From Octopus bimaculoides (taxonomy: Eukaryota), in the NCBI RefSeq assembly GCF_001194135.2, contig NC_068999.1:37097900-37147088 (forward strand): a stretch of DNA of 49,189 bases, read 5' to 3'. Positions 12,092-24,635 of the stretch are shown here, piece after piece (position 1 is the stretch's first letter; every line of letters starts with the position of its first letter). Both the position numbers and the translations under genes were made by a program. The notes beneath the pieces were generated by a model, which had not been told where the DNA came from, did not search any database, and saw only the letters and a list, made by a program, of their open reading frames with translations.

Positions 12092-12197
12092 TACTGGATC
12101 ATGGGCATGTTTTGATGAATTCAACCGTATAGATATTGAAGTGCTCTCAGTTGTAGCACACCAGGTATCTTCAATACAAACGCAACAAAGACATAGG
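12092..12197 (+). CDS. DNAH1: Dynein heavy chain exon, AAA1 Walker B: (S)[35 protein letters not shown]
   Basis: tacAG/GTgaga, 106 nt, phase 2/0; CFDEFNRI motif. Confidence 0.94.
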
Positions 12198-12671
12198 GTG
12201 AGACTACTTGCCAATCTCGTCCAATCACTGACTCTCATTGCTGTGTTGCTTACTCTTTAAAACTCTCTCTCCTGCACTCAATATGATGATTGCAACACTC
12301 ATTTGATGCATTATCTCAAATGTGCTTTTATATTTCACTTCACATATTTTACATTTTACTTTGCTGTTTATATAATCACTTTCCTTATGTTGAGTTTATG
12401 TGAATTGTCACAAAGAAAAACACTAACAATTCAACTTATAATTTAAGCATCACATAGCCATATTTATGAGTAACGAGAAGCAGGGGGTTGAGCTGCATGC
12501 AGATAGAGGCACATAAATATACCAGTTCCAGCATTTGCTCTTTAGTAGAGGAGAGGTTGGTAGAAGAATTGAACTTGCTATTTTCAGTTGGGTTTCCTTG
12601 CCTCTCCTCACCTCACCTACAGTCATGCTGCATGTCGGGTAATGACTGAAGGAGTATAAGCACAAGTACAA

Positions 12672-12893
12672 GTGGCTGAAATGGGGTTCCCTCATGGGAT
12701 CTCTGGAGTAATGTTACTTGATAGGGTGCTGAACTTAGAAATCATGGAGTCTTCCCAAAATGAGCTACTACTCCACCACATTAAGAGGTCACAACTCCAG
12801 TGTTATGGGCATGTGATTAGAATTTTGCAGGAAAGAACCGCACATCAGATTCTTCAAGCTGAGTCAACTGGCATGAAATCTAGGAGCAGATGA
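12672..12893 (+). mobile_element. RTE-clade LINE C-terminal fragment (different family)
   Basis: GISGVMLLDRVLNLEI...IKRSQLQCYGHVIRI..ER..QILQA..G..SR. Confidence 0.7.
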
Positions 12894-13589
12894 AGGATAA
12901 GAGATTGTTGAATAATACCCATAGTCCCATTTGGGAATCCATCCAGAAAGTGTAATAATGGCTACTTCTGATTAGGACTCTATTCAGAAGGTGTCTGAGA
13001 ATTCTACTTCCACAATCTCCTCAGGAATAGTGGGCAAAGAAAGTGGGTGATGGACTAATTGTTGGTGAGTGGTTATGAATACACCAAGGGAATATGTTTT
13101 CATTAAATAGAACAATAAAGGAAATTATTATGAAGTCAAATATAGAATAATTTTCTTGATAATTATTATTGTTTTTAAGTCTGTTTCTTCATGTTGGCCT
13201 GAACTGGGCAGATTTGCAACATACATACTCATCCACCTGATTAACTGTAGTAAGATTTAGTGCTCTGAGAACTCCTTCACCTGTTTCCTCTTCATATTTA
13301 CAATAATCTGTTTTAACTATGCATCCTGGGCTTTGATGATGCACGTGCATGCACACATGCACACACACACATACACACATGAGAAAGAAATAGAGAAACA
13401 GATAGATGAGACTAAAATTTTAGCTAGTAGGCAAAATACAAGACCCCATTATCATTAGTGAAGTGGCTATATTTGATATTGAGAAAAAATAGAAATCCTT
13501 TACAGTTTACCTAATGTAAACTATAGTAGCATAGGAGCACAAGTAGGATAGTAGGTTGCCAAAGAAAATAGACTTCCTATGTGTCAGAA

Positions 13590-13730
13590 CTACAGCAGTA
13601 GTAAATAGTCAGAATACACCCCAAGTTCATTGAAATAGTTGGTAAACTCTTTAAAAGTAGTTGATAGCATTTATTACTTAGGTAACTTAATTATCAATGG
13701 GATGCAATTCTGAAACCGTTTTGCCAAAGT
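13590..13730 (+). mobile_element. Degenerate RTE LINE RT fragment
   Basis: KVVDSIYYLGNLI resembles the VVDxFxYLG motif. Confidence 0.5.
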
Positions 13731-14002
13731 AAGAATGATGCAGAAACATAGGAGTAACATAGGGGTTTCTTTTCTTCAAAGGAAGGGCAGATTATGTGAT
13801 GCTTGTGTATAAAGTGCAATGCTTCATAGTAGACAAAAATATGTAGGTATTGAATGGTGGGGATTTGTTAAGGCTGGAAAAAATGAAGCAAGTATGTTCA
13901 ACAATGACAGAGTAGTACATATGTGCTGAGAGAAAAACAAAATATATCTTTATCATCATCATTTAACGTCTATTTTCTATGCATGTATACATTAAACTTC
14001 TA

Positions 14003-14468
14003 CTTGCGAAGACCTGTTGAGGCAAGTGAAATCGAAATCGAGTTAAATTTGACGACTGGCACCCATGCCAACGTCGTCTCCCTCATTGGATACGAAACTC
14101 AGCTTGCGAAGACTTATTGGGACAAGCGAAAGTGAAAGCGAAATTGTGATGGCATCTGTGCCCACGGCATGTGTAAGGACTTTCGAGTGAGATCGTCGCC
14201 AGTGCCCCTGGACTGGCTCTTGTGCGGGTGGCACATAAAATACACCATTTTGAGCGTGGCCGTTGCCAGTACCGCCTACGTAAAAGCACCCACTACACTC
14301 TCTGAGTGGTTGGCGTTAGGAAGGGCATCCAGCTGTAGAAACTCTGCCAAATCAGATTGGAGCCTGGTGTAGCCTTCAGGTTCCACCAGTCCTCAGTCAA
14401 ATCGTCCAACCCATGCTAGCATGGAAAGCAGATGTTAAACGACGACGATGATGATGATGATGATGATG
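14003..14468 (+). mobile_element. RTE-related 3' UTR repeat with (GAT)n tail
   Basis: GAGTGGTTGGCGTTAGGAAGGGCATCCAGCTGTAGAAAC core and CAACCCATGCTAGCATGGAAAGCAGATGTTAAA(CGA/TGA)n end. Confidence 0.8.
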
Positions 14469-15072
14469 TATGGGTAGGATTGTTGACAGGAGCCAACCAG
14501 GTAGAAAATCTATCCTAGGCTACTGTGTCTGTTTTCGCAGGGATTTTACAGCTGGATGCCCTTCCTAACACCAACCACTCTGCAGTAAGGTTGCTAAAGG
14601 AGAACATTACATTTAATAGATTTGTCCAGTAGCAAGTGGTGTTTGGGTATCTTCTTTCTTCATATTATCGTTGGCATGTAGCCCCTACATAAAGAATTTA
14701 AAGATGAAATTAAAAAGAGAAAAAGAACTTTGATGATTACTGCCTAAAACTGAAACTCTTCATTGGTTAATCTATGCTCTATTTTGGTTGCTGGAGTCCA
14801 TGGATGCTCACTGTTCTATCCTATGTTTATTAGTTCCTCTATAATCCTATTTTAACAATTATTATTTGATATTAAATCATTCCAGTTACTTTTAATGCTC
14901 TCATTCACCTCTCCTTCCAGTCTGATATACGTTGTTTCAAACTTCCTCTGGCATTTGTAAATCTACACTTATTTCTCTTATGCTTGAATAAAACTGGTGA
15001 ATATATACAGGTCCAGTTTATTGCTAAATCTTTAATTTCTACTGTACTTCACTATGTGATATGGTATGCTGT

Positions 15073-15220
15073 TTGTCTATATGTGTATGAATGTGTAAGT
15101 GTGTCTATATGTGTATGAATGTGTAAGTGTGTCTATATGTGTGTGAATGTGTAAGTGTGTCTATATGTGTGCGAATGTATAAATGTCTCTATATGTATGT
15201 GAATGTGTAAGTGTGTATAT
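15073..15220. repeat. 28-bp minisatellite, about 5 copies
   Basis: Unit GTGTCTATATGTGTATGAATGTGTAAGT. Confidence 0.9.
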
Positions 15221-16034
15221 TAACAAACAACAAAACAGAAATAAGTATCAATATATTTGATACTCCATGAATTAACTGAAAGCGTTCTGAGGTCTGTAAC
15301 TAACATTGTATCGTATATCGCTGAGATTTTCATTTTGCCAACAATAACAAAGTTGACTTGACAGTTCAAAACATGCTCCATTGTTAATACTATATAGTAG
15401 TGTTGTATTTCCTGTCNNNNNNNNNNNNNNNNNNNNNNNNNNNNNNNNNNNNNNNNNNNNNNNNNNNNNNNNNNNNNNNNNNNNNNNNNNNNNNNNNNNN
15501 NNNNNNNNNNNNNNNNNNNNNNNNNNNNNNNNNNNNNNNNNNNNNNNNNNNNNNNNNNNNNNNNNNNNNNNNNNNNNNNNNNNNNNNNNNNNNNNNNNNN
15601 NNNNNNNNNNNNNNNNNNNNNNNNNNNNNNNNNNNNNNNNNNNNNNNNNNNNNNNNNNNNNNNNNNNNNNNNNNNNNNNNNNNNNNNNNNNNNNNNNNNN
15701 NNNNNNNNNNNNNNNNNNNNNNNNNNNNNNNNNNNNNNNNNNNNNNNNNNNNNNNNNNNNNNNNNNNNNNNNNNNNNNNNNNNNNNNNNNNNNNNNNNNN
15801 NNNNNNNNNNNNNNNNNNNNNNNNNNNNNNNNNNNNNNNNNNNNNNNNNNNNNNNNNNNNNNNNNNNNNNNNNNNNNNNNNNNNNNNNNNNNNNNNNNNN
15901 NNNNNNNNNNNNNNNNNNNNNNNNNNNNNNNNNNNNNNNNNNNNNNNNNNNNNNNNNNNNNNNNNNNNNNNNNNNNNNNNNNNNNNNNNNNNNNNNNNNN
16001 NNNNNNNNNNNNNNNNNNNNNNNNNNNNNNNNNN

Positions 16035-16079
<45 letters not shown>

Positions 16080-16102
16080 TATTTATATACGTATCTGTCT
16101 AT

Positions 16103-16250
16103 GGTGCAGACAGGCCACAGGCATACTTCATGGTTTCCGATTCAGTCTTACTGCATGGTACCTTGGACAAATGTCTTCAACTATAGCTCTGGGCCAACCA
16201 AATCCTTGTGAGTGGATTTGGTGGATGAAACTGAAAACAGCCTGTCATCA
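16103..16250 (+). mobile_element. Family-2 SINE 5' half, diverged
   Basis: CCTTGTGAGTGGATTTGGTGGATGAAACTGAAAACAGCCTGTC. Confidence 0.7.
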
Positions 16251-16529
16251 TCAATGTTGTCACTGCTGCCATCATCATCCTCATTACTATCATCATCACC
16301 ATCATTTTAACATCCACTTTTTTATGCTTGCATGGGTTGGACAGAGTTTATTGAGGCAAATTTTCTATGGCTGGATGCCGCCCTTCATGTCATCAACTCT
16401 CACCTGTTTCAAAGCAAGGTAATTTCCTCCATAGCCAGACATATTCTTTTACTATATTTGGAATGAATTGTTTTGTATGACAGTGACAACCATTTGCAAC
16501 TATCATGAGAGATCAAAACAAGGATGCAC

Positions 16530-16710
16530 AGACACATATACGAAGGGCTTCTTTCAGTTTCCATCTGACAAATCCACTGACAAGGCTTTGGCTGATCCTC
16601 AGCTGTAATAGAAGACATATCTATCCAAAGTGCCACAATAGGATTGAACCCAGAACTGTATGTTTGGGAAGCAAACTTCTTACCATTACCATCATCATTG
16701 ATTTAATATC
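16530..16710 (-). mobile_element. Family-2 SINE 5' half, diverged
   Basis: TTCAGTTTCCATCTGACAAATCCACTGACAAGGCTTTGG is the reverse complement of the family-2 body. Confidence 0.7.
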
Positions 16711-16784
16711 CATTTTTCCAAAGCTTGCATGGGTTGGATGAAATTTGTTGCAACAAATTTTCTACAACTAGATTCCCTTTGTGA

Positions 16785-17700
16785 TGCTTCTTTCATTCTT
16801 GGGTCTTATTTTAGTAGTGGGATGTTCTGCTGGATAATATTGTAAACCTTTGTGGTTCTTGGGTTGCGTGTTGTAAAAAAGCGTAGATTATTGGATGTAT
16901 CTGGAACATTTTTCATTTTTTGTACTTCTTTGATATTTATTGCTTTGGCATTAACAAATATTTTCTTTGAAGTAGTACTTGTTTTAGTTCCTGAAGTCTT
17001 TCATTGTGAGTTTCAGAGTTTGAGACAGTTGTGTAGATTCTTCTTGCTAGATTCAACGGGATATTATTCTTCATGTATTTGGGATGGCTTGAGGAGAACA
17101 GTAAGTATTCTTTAGAATCTGTTTGTTTGTAGTGAGTATCTGTTTCAATGATTTTTATCTCTTTTGATAATTAGTATATCCAAGAATGGTAGTTGAGTTT
17201 TATGGTATTCCATAGTAAAGTTAATATTATTGTTTATGCTGTTGATTAGAGTTTTGAAATCTATAAGTTGTTCAAATGTGTGCATCCTAGCATTAGGCAG
17301 TCATCTAAGTAACGTTTCCAGTTTCCTAGTAGATATTTGTAAAAGTTTAAGCCATATATTAATTTAGATTGTTCATATATCTTGACCTCCATTTTTGCCA
17401 TGACTAGATTGGCATATGTCGGAGCAATTTTTCTCTCAATCACAGTCCCAGATATTTGTTTGTAAATATTGCCAGCAAAGTCAAAAATCTTGTTTTTGAG
17501 GATAAACTTTAATCCTTCAGTGATGAAACTGTTTTCAATTCTGTTTGAAATTTCATGAGGGAATTTCTCAAGCCAGAAATTCATTCCCGCTAGTCAATTT
17601 TTGTGTGGGGTTGTGGTATATAAGTTTACCACATGAAAAGATACAATAGTGGTGTCATTGTTTATGGATTTTGGGATGTGGCTTAACAGATCAACCTCAG
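16785..17700 (-). mobile_element. Penelope-like element reverse transcriptase fragment (degenerate)
   Basis: Minus-strand motifs in order: TIVSFHVVNLYT, FILKNKIFDF..YKQISGT..IAPTYANLVM, WKRYLDD, NINFTMEY..LPFLDILI, YKQTDSKEYLLFSSSHPK..NIPLNLARRI; stops and frameshifts present. Confidence 0.9.
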
Positions 17701-18018
17701 CTCCTGTGATTTATTGAGAACATTAACTTGACAATTCTCATGCACACCTCTTTCTCTCCACCTTGGTTTCCATATACAAAAGCACATTCACATGCATGCA
17801 CACTCCCTCACTTACCACAATGCACATACCCACATATGTATACACTCTGCCCACATACATCCCCCACTCTGTATTTACACTTACACACATACTTATAAAC
17901 CCATCCTGTACTAGAACATCCACATGCACATACTCTCAGCAAGATGCACTTACCTACATACAGCCTGTGTTTGCCCACATGAGTATTGTGCACATGTATG
18001 CATGCATATACTCTACAT

Positions 18019-18034
18019 ACACACACACACACAC

Positions 18035-18080
<46 letters not shown>
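18019..18080. repeat. (AC)n microsatellite
   Basis: Direct reading. Confidence 0.98.
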
Positions 18081-18084
<4 letters not shown>

Positions 18085-19055
18085 TTTATTATCTCCTCTG
18101 CGACACTCTCCATACACTTCCACCAAGGCTCTTCTCTCTTTCATCCCAAACACATGTCAAAACAACATGTAGTTCACATCCATTTTGCATCTCTACATTT
18201 CTCTGCTGCCTATTTCATAACTGGAGACATGACTTTACTAACTTCACTTTTTCTCTTTTAGTACTCTGCATTTGTCAGCCTCTGAACTTCTGAAAGTTTG
18301 AAATTTTAGCCTGTTTATGATATATTGGAAGTTGTAATTTTTGTTTGCTGACAATGAGAAATGAAAGCATTATGAAACTTCAAAAGACTATTTTGCTTTA
18401 AAAATATGACCTCATCTTCCTGATAATGATCTCATCTTTGTGGCTGGTGATTTCAATGGATATGTTGGACAGTACAGTGCTTTATATGTACAAAATCAGT
18501 GATCACTCTATGATTGACCATAGCTTTTAACATATATATATATGTATATGTGTATATATATTACACACATGCACACAAGTTATACACACACACAAGTTAT
18601 AACTGGTTGTGGAAAAAGAGCTAAAAAATGTAAAGAAGATTTTGATATTAACTTGACGGTTAAGTTGATTGTATATTTTATCCTTGTAAATATTTAATGC
18701 TTGTCTTATAAATTTGACTCTGATAGTATATATTTAGACACTATTCGTCACTAGTTCTATGTCTTAGACACTGCATATATATTTACCACTGTTCTAATTT
18801 GACATTTGTTGTTTTTTATTTAATAATCATAAATATTATTATATTTCATAGTTGTATTATTTTTCAGCACTAGTTAGATGTAACTGACACTATTAAAATA
18901 TATTTGATGGTAGTGGTGCTTATTTGACACCAGTAAATAGTTGACATTAGTCATATCTATGCAACATGTTAGTAAATGTGTATATTTTCTTTCCTGATAG
19001 TTTATTGTAATGTCATTGTTTACTTGCCATTATTATACCTTTGTTGTATCTCCAG

Positions 19056-19169
19056 GTGGATCGGTTCTTTTTTGAAGGGGTAGAAATTGCTTTGAAACCC
19101 TCTTGTGCTGTATTCATCACTATGAATCCTGGCTATGCTGGACGGACGGAATTACCTGATAACTTGAAA
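19056..19169 (+). CDS. DNAH1: Dynein heavy chain exon: [38 protein letters not shown]
   Basis: tccAG/GTaatt, 114 nt, phase 0/0; [19 protein letters not shown] motif. Confidence 0.97.
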
Positions 19170-19268
19170 GTAATTGCAATTTGAATTTAATGTTAGATCT
19201 TTTATAAAGATTATATCATTCTTTTGGTGATATTTATACAAACCAGCTTACTGTATACCTACTTTCCT

Positions 19269-19270
<2 letters not shown>

Positions 19271-19312
<42 letters not shown>
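19271..19312. repeat. (TA)n microsatellite
   Basis: Direct reading. Confidence 0.98.
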
Positions 19313-19317
<5 letters not shown>

Positions 19318-20989
19318 TATGTACACCTATTTTCTTTTTGGTAATATTTCTATATATGAACTATATGTATAGATAATTTTCTGGTAATTTTTGTAAATAC
19401 TCTATGTATTCCCTTGTGGTACTATTCAATTTATGGATCATGTTAAAAGCTTTCTCCAGATCAACAAGCACAGATATGCTTTATTAAAAGATGCTTCCGT
19501 ATTTCTGACATCTACATTAACATACATAATTTTTGAGAGATATTCTGTTTTTGATCTGTTGAAATATTTTTAACAATTTTTTTTTTCTGCTAAAAGTTAC
19601 AATAATTAAAATTACATGACCTACTACATTTCTAAATTGTCATCATCATTGTAGCAGTCATTGCCACCACTGCTGTCACAGCTATCATCATCTTCATGTC
19701 ATTATTGTCATTGTTTTATGTCTGCTTTATATACTGTCATTGTCCAATTCATTTCATATTGTAAATGCCTGCTCTCAACAGACTGATGTTTGTTGGGATC
19801 ATTTAGCTTGATTTCTACAGCTGGATGTCCTTCTGTCCACTTTACAGAGTGTACTGAATACGTTTTCTCATGACAGCCCTCAGGCAACAAGACTAGAGGG
19901 GTTTCACAACCTTGTGCTTTCTCTGGTCATTTGCCAACTACTTTACTATGTACTGGATGCATTTTTCATAGCACCACCATTAAGAAACTCAGTGGTGGAG
20001 CATTCCATTGCAGCACCAGCACAGAAGGTGGAGTATCATGTACACAGTGGAAAGGAAGTGATGACAGCAGAAAGGCCAGGAATGGGTGACTGAGAGACAA
20101 GGTTTAAGCACAGAGAGAAGTTAATACCCTAGAGTGTTACATTTTTGCTTAGGTGACCTAGGAGGGGAATAAAAGAGAGTAATGATATTAGAAGAACCAG
20201 AATAGTTAGGTGGAAGGATGAAGAATATGATGAGAAAATGTTATTTAAGAATGGAATTGGAAAGGGCTGATGGAAATAGCAGAAGTGGACAAAGGTAAGG
20301 GTGAGTGATGAGATAAAAGCATGAGTAGGTGATGAGGGACAATAGAAGTGATCCAGAAGAGAGAGAAATAATAACTGGTTGTACACCGTGTCAAAGTTCG
20401 ATTATATTTGGGTAGAAAGGTTTGATAAAATGTCTTATATATAGGTCTAATAAAGAGCAAGGAAGTCAGACTGATAAGGATGATGCAGTCTGTACAGGTA
20501 GTGGGGACTTAAGAAATAGAGGGATAGGAAAAAGGTAGATGATGATCAATAATCAGGGGAGAGTTGGTCAGGACCAATGACACAAGGTTAGAGAACAGCA
20601 AATGTAGGCTTGGTACAAAATATATCTCAACCTCTAAACAACACTACTCATGTGCCACGATACATTTTGTTGGTTGGTTGGGTCTTTTCAGCACCATGCA
20701 CCATGACTAATCAGTACAATCTATCCAAAGTGTTTTGCTTTTAAGATAAAACAGAACTAAAAATAGTTTAGGTTGTAATTAGAATCTTTAATGAGTGGTG
20801 GTTGATTGAGAAGCATGACTGCAGTTCTGAATATTTAGCAATTTATTGAAGAGATAAGTAAAATATAGGATTGATCATAATTTTTTACATCATTACTTCT
20901 AATATTTGGCTTATATTGTTCAAAAGTTGGCATCTTAAAATTACAAAATATCATTGAAGCAACTGAAACTGTTCTGATATACTTTCCAG

Positions 20990-21139
20990 GCATTGTTTCG
21001 TCCTGTTGCCATGATGGTGCCAGATTATGCTCTGATTGCAGAAATTAGCCTATTTTCATTTGGTTTCTCTGAAGCCAAAGTGCTGGCCCAAAAGATTGTA
21101 TCCACTTTTAAATTGTCATCAGAACAACTTAGTTCTCAG
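20990..21139 (+). CDS. DNAH1: Dynein heavy chain exon: [50 protein letters not shown]
   Basis: tccAG/GTaggt, 150 nt, phase 0/0. Confidence 0.97.
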
Positions 21140-21278
21140 GTAGGTTTTTTCCTCTTTCTTTCCCTCTCTCTCTAAATATGGTGTTTACTTTGTCTTTTCT
21201 GCCAAATGCTATAATATTATTTTTGTGTTTATCAAAATATAATTCTAAACGCTACCCCAGATTCAGTCAATCTATTTA

Positions 21279-21310
<32 letters not shown>

Positions 21311-21757
21311 ATTCTGACTGTACCAAAATTGAATGAAGTCCCACAATGTCAGAAACCTTACTATATGTTGTCAATCCCGCCATTCTCTTTTTGAAAGCTA
21401 AAAATTATTTTAGAGCAAGACTTAAATATGTCATTAAATAAGACTCATCATTTTGATAGTTTTGCTGAATGAAATCAATGCATGTTGAATTAGCTATTAG
21501 TCACAGAAGTAGCCTTTGTAATTAATATTATTTATCACATCTAAACTAACCTGGACATGTTGTGTATAGTGTCATTAGCTGCGGTGAATGTTCCCAAAAA
21601 AATCATTTCATGTAGACAACGAATGCTAAAAAGCATTGAAACTCTATTTTGATTGACCAATTTTCCTCGGTACCAGCATATGGCACGGCTGTATCATATA
21701 ATTTCATCATATTGCAGACCATGAGCAGTAGAAAGGCAAGCATCAAATGCGAGATAG

Positions 21758-22212
21758 TAGTGCTATCTGCTGGTGCTTATAAAATTTGGTCAAGTGAAAT
21801 AGTATTTTGATGCTTTTTAGCATTTGTTGTTGACACAGAATGATTTTTCAGGATGTTCACTACAGCCTATGGTGTTATAAACAACACATCTAGGGTAGGT
21901 AGGATTTGCTAGATAATAGCTGCCTCTATTGTTTGCAGTGAATTTAATAGACAGACTACCAGCTTTTTGCAATGATGTCACTATTCTATACAGGTTTGAC
22001 TGATTTTTCTGACATTTGGTTCTTGAATTCCTACTGTTGATGATCTGCAACATGATGAAATCATGTGACGTATTAGTGCCATCTACTGGTGCTTATGAAA
22101 TTTGGTCAACTGATATAGTATTTTGATGCTTTTTAGTATTTGTTGTCTTCACAAAATGATTTTTCAAGATGTCCATCATTACATATGTATAAGCAACACA
22201 TTCTGATTAGGT
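21758..22212 (+). repeat. Dispersed direct repeat of about 140 bp, period 316
   Basis: TAGTGC.ATCT.CTGGTGCTTAT.AAATTTGGTCAA.TGA.ATAGTATTTTGATGCTTTTTAG at 21758 and 22074. Confidence 0.85.
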
Positions 22213-22249
22213 TGCATGTGCTAATCAATATATACCATTTCCTTTACAG

Positions 22250-22336
22250 GACCATTATGATTTTGGCATGAGGGCTGTGAAAAGTGTAATATCGACAGCA
22301 GGAAACCTCAAACGTCAGCAGCCAGACATGAAAGAA
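22250..22336 (+). CDS. DNAH1: Dynein heavy chain exon: DHYDFGMRAVKSVISTAGNLKRQQPDMKE
   Basis: tacAG/GTaagg, 87 nt, phase 0/0; HYDFGMRAVK motif. Confidence 0.96.
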
Positions 22337-22509
22337 GTAAGGACATACATGATTTTTATTTCTTGTACCTTAATTTAAATAGAATTGAAACTTAAGCTTG
22401 ATTAGTTCAAGATGTATGGAATTGTTTCTCTCACTCTCTTCTCTTTCTTTCTCCGTGTGAGTATGTGTATGTCTTGTACATGCACAAATATATACCTATC
22501 TACCAGCAT

Positions 22510-22512
<3 letters not shown>

Positions 22513-22587
<75 letters not shown>
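22513..22587. repeat. (TG)n microsatellite
   Basis: Direct reading. Confidence 0.98.
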
Positions 22588-22589
<2 letters not shown>

Positions 22590-22829
22590 CTATATATAAA
22601 TGTCTTCACAGGTTTCCTTAAATCCACATATAAACATCTACAGGTGTGTTACTATGTAGTTCAAGTTCATATGCATAACCATGTTCATGTCTCTTGTGTA
22701 TCTGCTTGTGTGCTTCAGCTTATGAATGTCGTTCCCACTGAAGCCCTTGGAAAGTGACAATGTCTGACATTTTCTTGTGACTCATCCATGGCTGTGTAGA
22801 AGTGGGTAATTGCACACTTTATTTCAATA

Positions 22830-22890
22830 TGTCGAGAACCGAAACACTTAAGCACAATTTGAAATCTCTTTCCCACCCACCCTATCAGGT
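22830..22890 (+). mobile_element. Possible mariner transposase relic
   Basis: LKHNLKSLSHPPYQ resembles L.HPPYS(PDL); single short motif. Confidence 0.3.
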
Positions 22891-23559
22891 TCAAAAGTTT
22901 AGCTACCCTTGATGTTTGCATGATGAGAGGTAGATCTGGTCTAGTGAGCTTGTAGAAATACTAAGGGCCATAGATGACTGCATGTGTGCTGCATCCAAGA
23001 GTCAAGATGGAGTGGTGTCTTGGCCTGTAACATCACAGACAAGTAACAGGTAATGAAATTCTTCTGGATAGGTAAGATGGGTGGAGTTGGCATTCTGTTA
23101 GCAGAAATATAGATAGGAGTGTGGGTAGGAAGGGTATCTGACCATAGAAACCAAGCCAAAGCAGACATTGAAGCTCATCACAGAGCTCTGGCTCATTGGA
23201 TCCTGTCAAACCATCTAACCAATGCCAGCATAGATGATGGATGTTAAAGGATGATGATGATGATGAGACAAGTGACCAGCAAAGCAGAAGTAGCAACTAT
23301 CCAAGTTGAGAGCAGTATGGTAGAAAGAGCAATAAGGACAATAGTAAGGACAATTGCTTGGCTTTCAGGGCTAGTTACCATGATGCTTGAATTATCTGGT
23401 GTAGTAGGGTATGGGATAGTCACTCATGGTAAATCAGGTAAAACAAGAAAGTGTCATTAGCCAATAAGTGGTGTCAGAGTGTCATTGATAACTGCTACGA
23501 GAGAAAAGGAGATGCACTAGAAAGAGGTAACTATAGACGCATCAGACTGTTGAATGAAA

Positions 23560-23826
23560 GGTCACAGAAAGGGTTATCACAAAACTGATAAGGAACAGGA
23601 CTAGCTTGGATGAGATGCAGTTCAGCTTTGTCTGACACCATATTTCTAATGAGAGAACCGCAAAAGAAGTACATGATTAGGAGTAAGTTCCTATAGCTAT
23701 CATATCTCAAACTGGAAAAGTATTCAGAAAATAGATTCACAATGAAATATCTGGATGGCTCCCGAGAATTAGTTGATAACATTTGTTACCTAGGTAGTCT
23801 AATTAGCTGTGGAGGTGGGTGTTCTC
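23560..23826 (+). mobile_element. RTE LINE RT fragment
   Basis: RELVDNICYLGSLISCGGGCS. Confidence 0.7.
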
Positions 23827-24635
23827 TTCCCCATTCCTTTGTCACCTCAATTAATCCCTCTTACCACTGTCCTCTCTCACTTTCTCCAATACCTTCCTCT
23901 CGCAACGATAAATCAGTTTTTGCCTTCATACTTTTATTCTGTACTTTCATCTTGTGAGTTACAAAGCAAATTCCTTTCGAGATGGGTCCATAGAAAACTG
24001 ATTCAAGCAGCAAACAATGCAGGGCTTGAGAGGGGTCTGTTAGTCCCACTGATGGCAAAACAACTTCTAGTGTGCTGAGACTATATACCCTGCAAAGTGG
24101 TTGGTGTTAGAAAGGCTAGAAAGTATGATAAAAATTGAAACATGGGGGCAAAACATGGCCATCTGATCTGACAGATCCTGTTGAACAATCCAACCATGCC
24201 AGTGTAGAAAAGAGATGTAAAATAATGATGATGATAGCAGGAGATGAGTGGACTGATGGAGTGAATGAGACAAACAAATGGTTGGAAACAAAAGGCAAAA
24301 TAAAGTGTAATTATTAGTTTATTTCTCCATGAAAGTGTCTTTCATTTTCGAATTTAAGCTCTTCTTCAGAAAGTTAGTAAAAAGAAGGAACCTGTGAAAT
24401 GGTAGAAAAAAAAAACAAAACAAACAACAGGGTAACAAAGAGAAATGTACTTTTTTTTTCCCCTGTTAAATCAAGTATAATCTTTGTTTATGCTCAGTTT
24501 AGATAATTCTAATATTACTAAGTCCATGTTCTTGATGTACTAAAATTAGTAAATATGCAACATGAAATAGAACATCAGAAACGTTCTATAGTTTTATGCA
24601 AATGAACTTTTCCAGTATATTTCACCATATGTGTT

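Noticed and set aside
12163-12170. CAG/GTATCT as the donor of the Walker B exon
   Set aside because: Homology continues to ...QRHR, and the GTGAGA donor at 12198 gives the expected length and phase.
15073-15220. 28-bp repeats as a CRISPR array
   Set aside because: Head-to-tail repeats with no unique spacers, in a eukaryotic intron with no cas genes.
15220-16422. Long ORFs of 228-340 aa in the ORF track
   Set aside because: They consist of N runs and (AC)n/(TG)n translations; artefacts of the gap.
24327-24370. Hammerhead-like string on the minus strand (CTGAAGA..GAAA followed by a 7-bp hairpin)
   Set aside because: Stem II is only about 3 bp, position 17 would be G, stem I does not form, and there is no PLE context.
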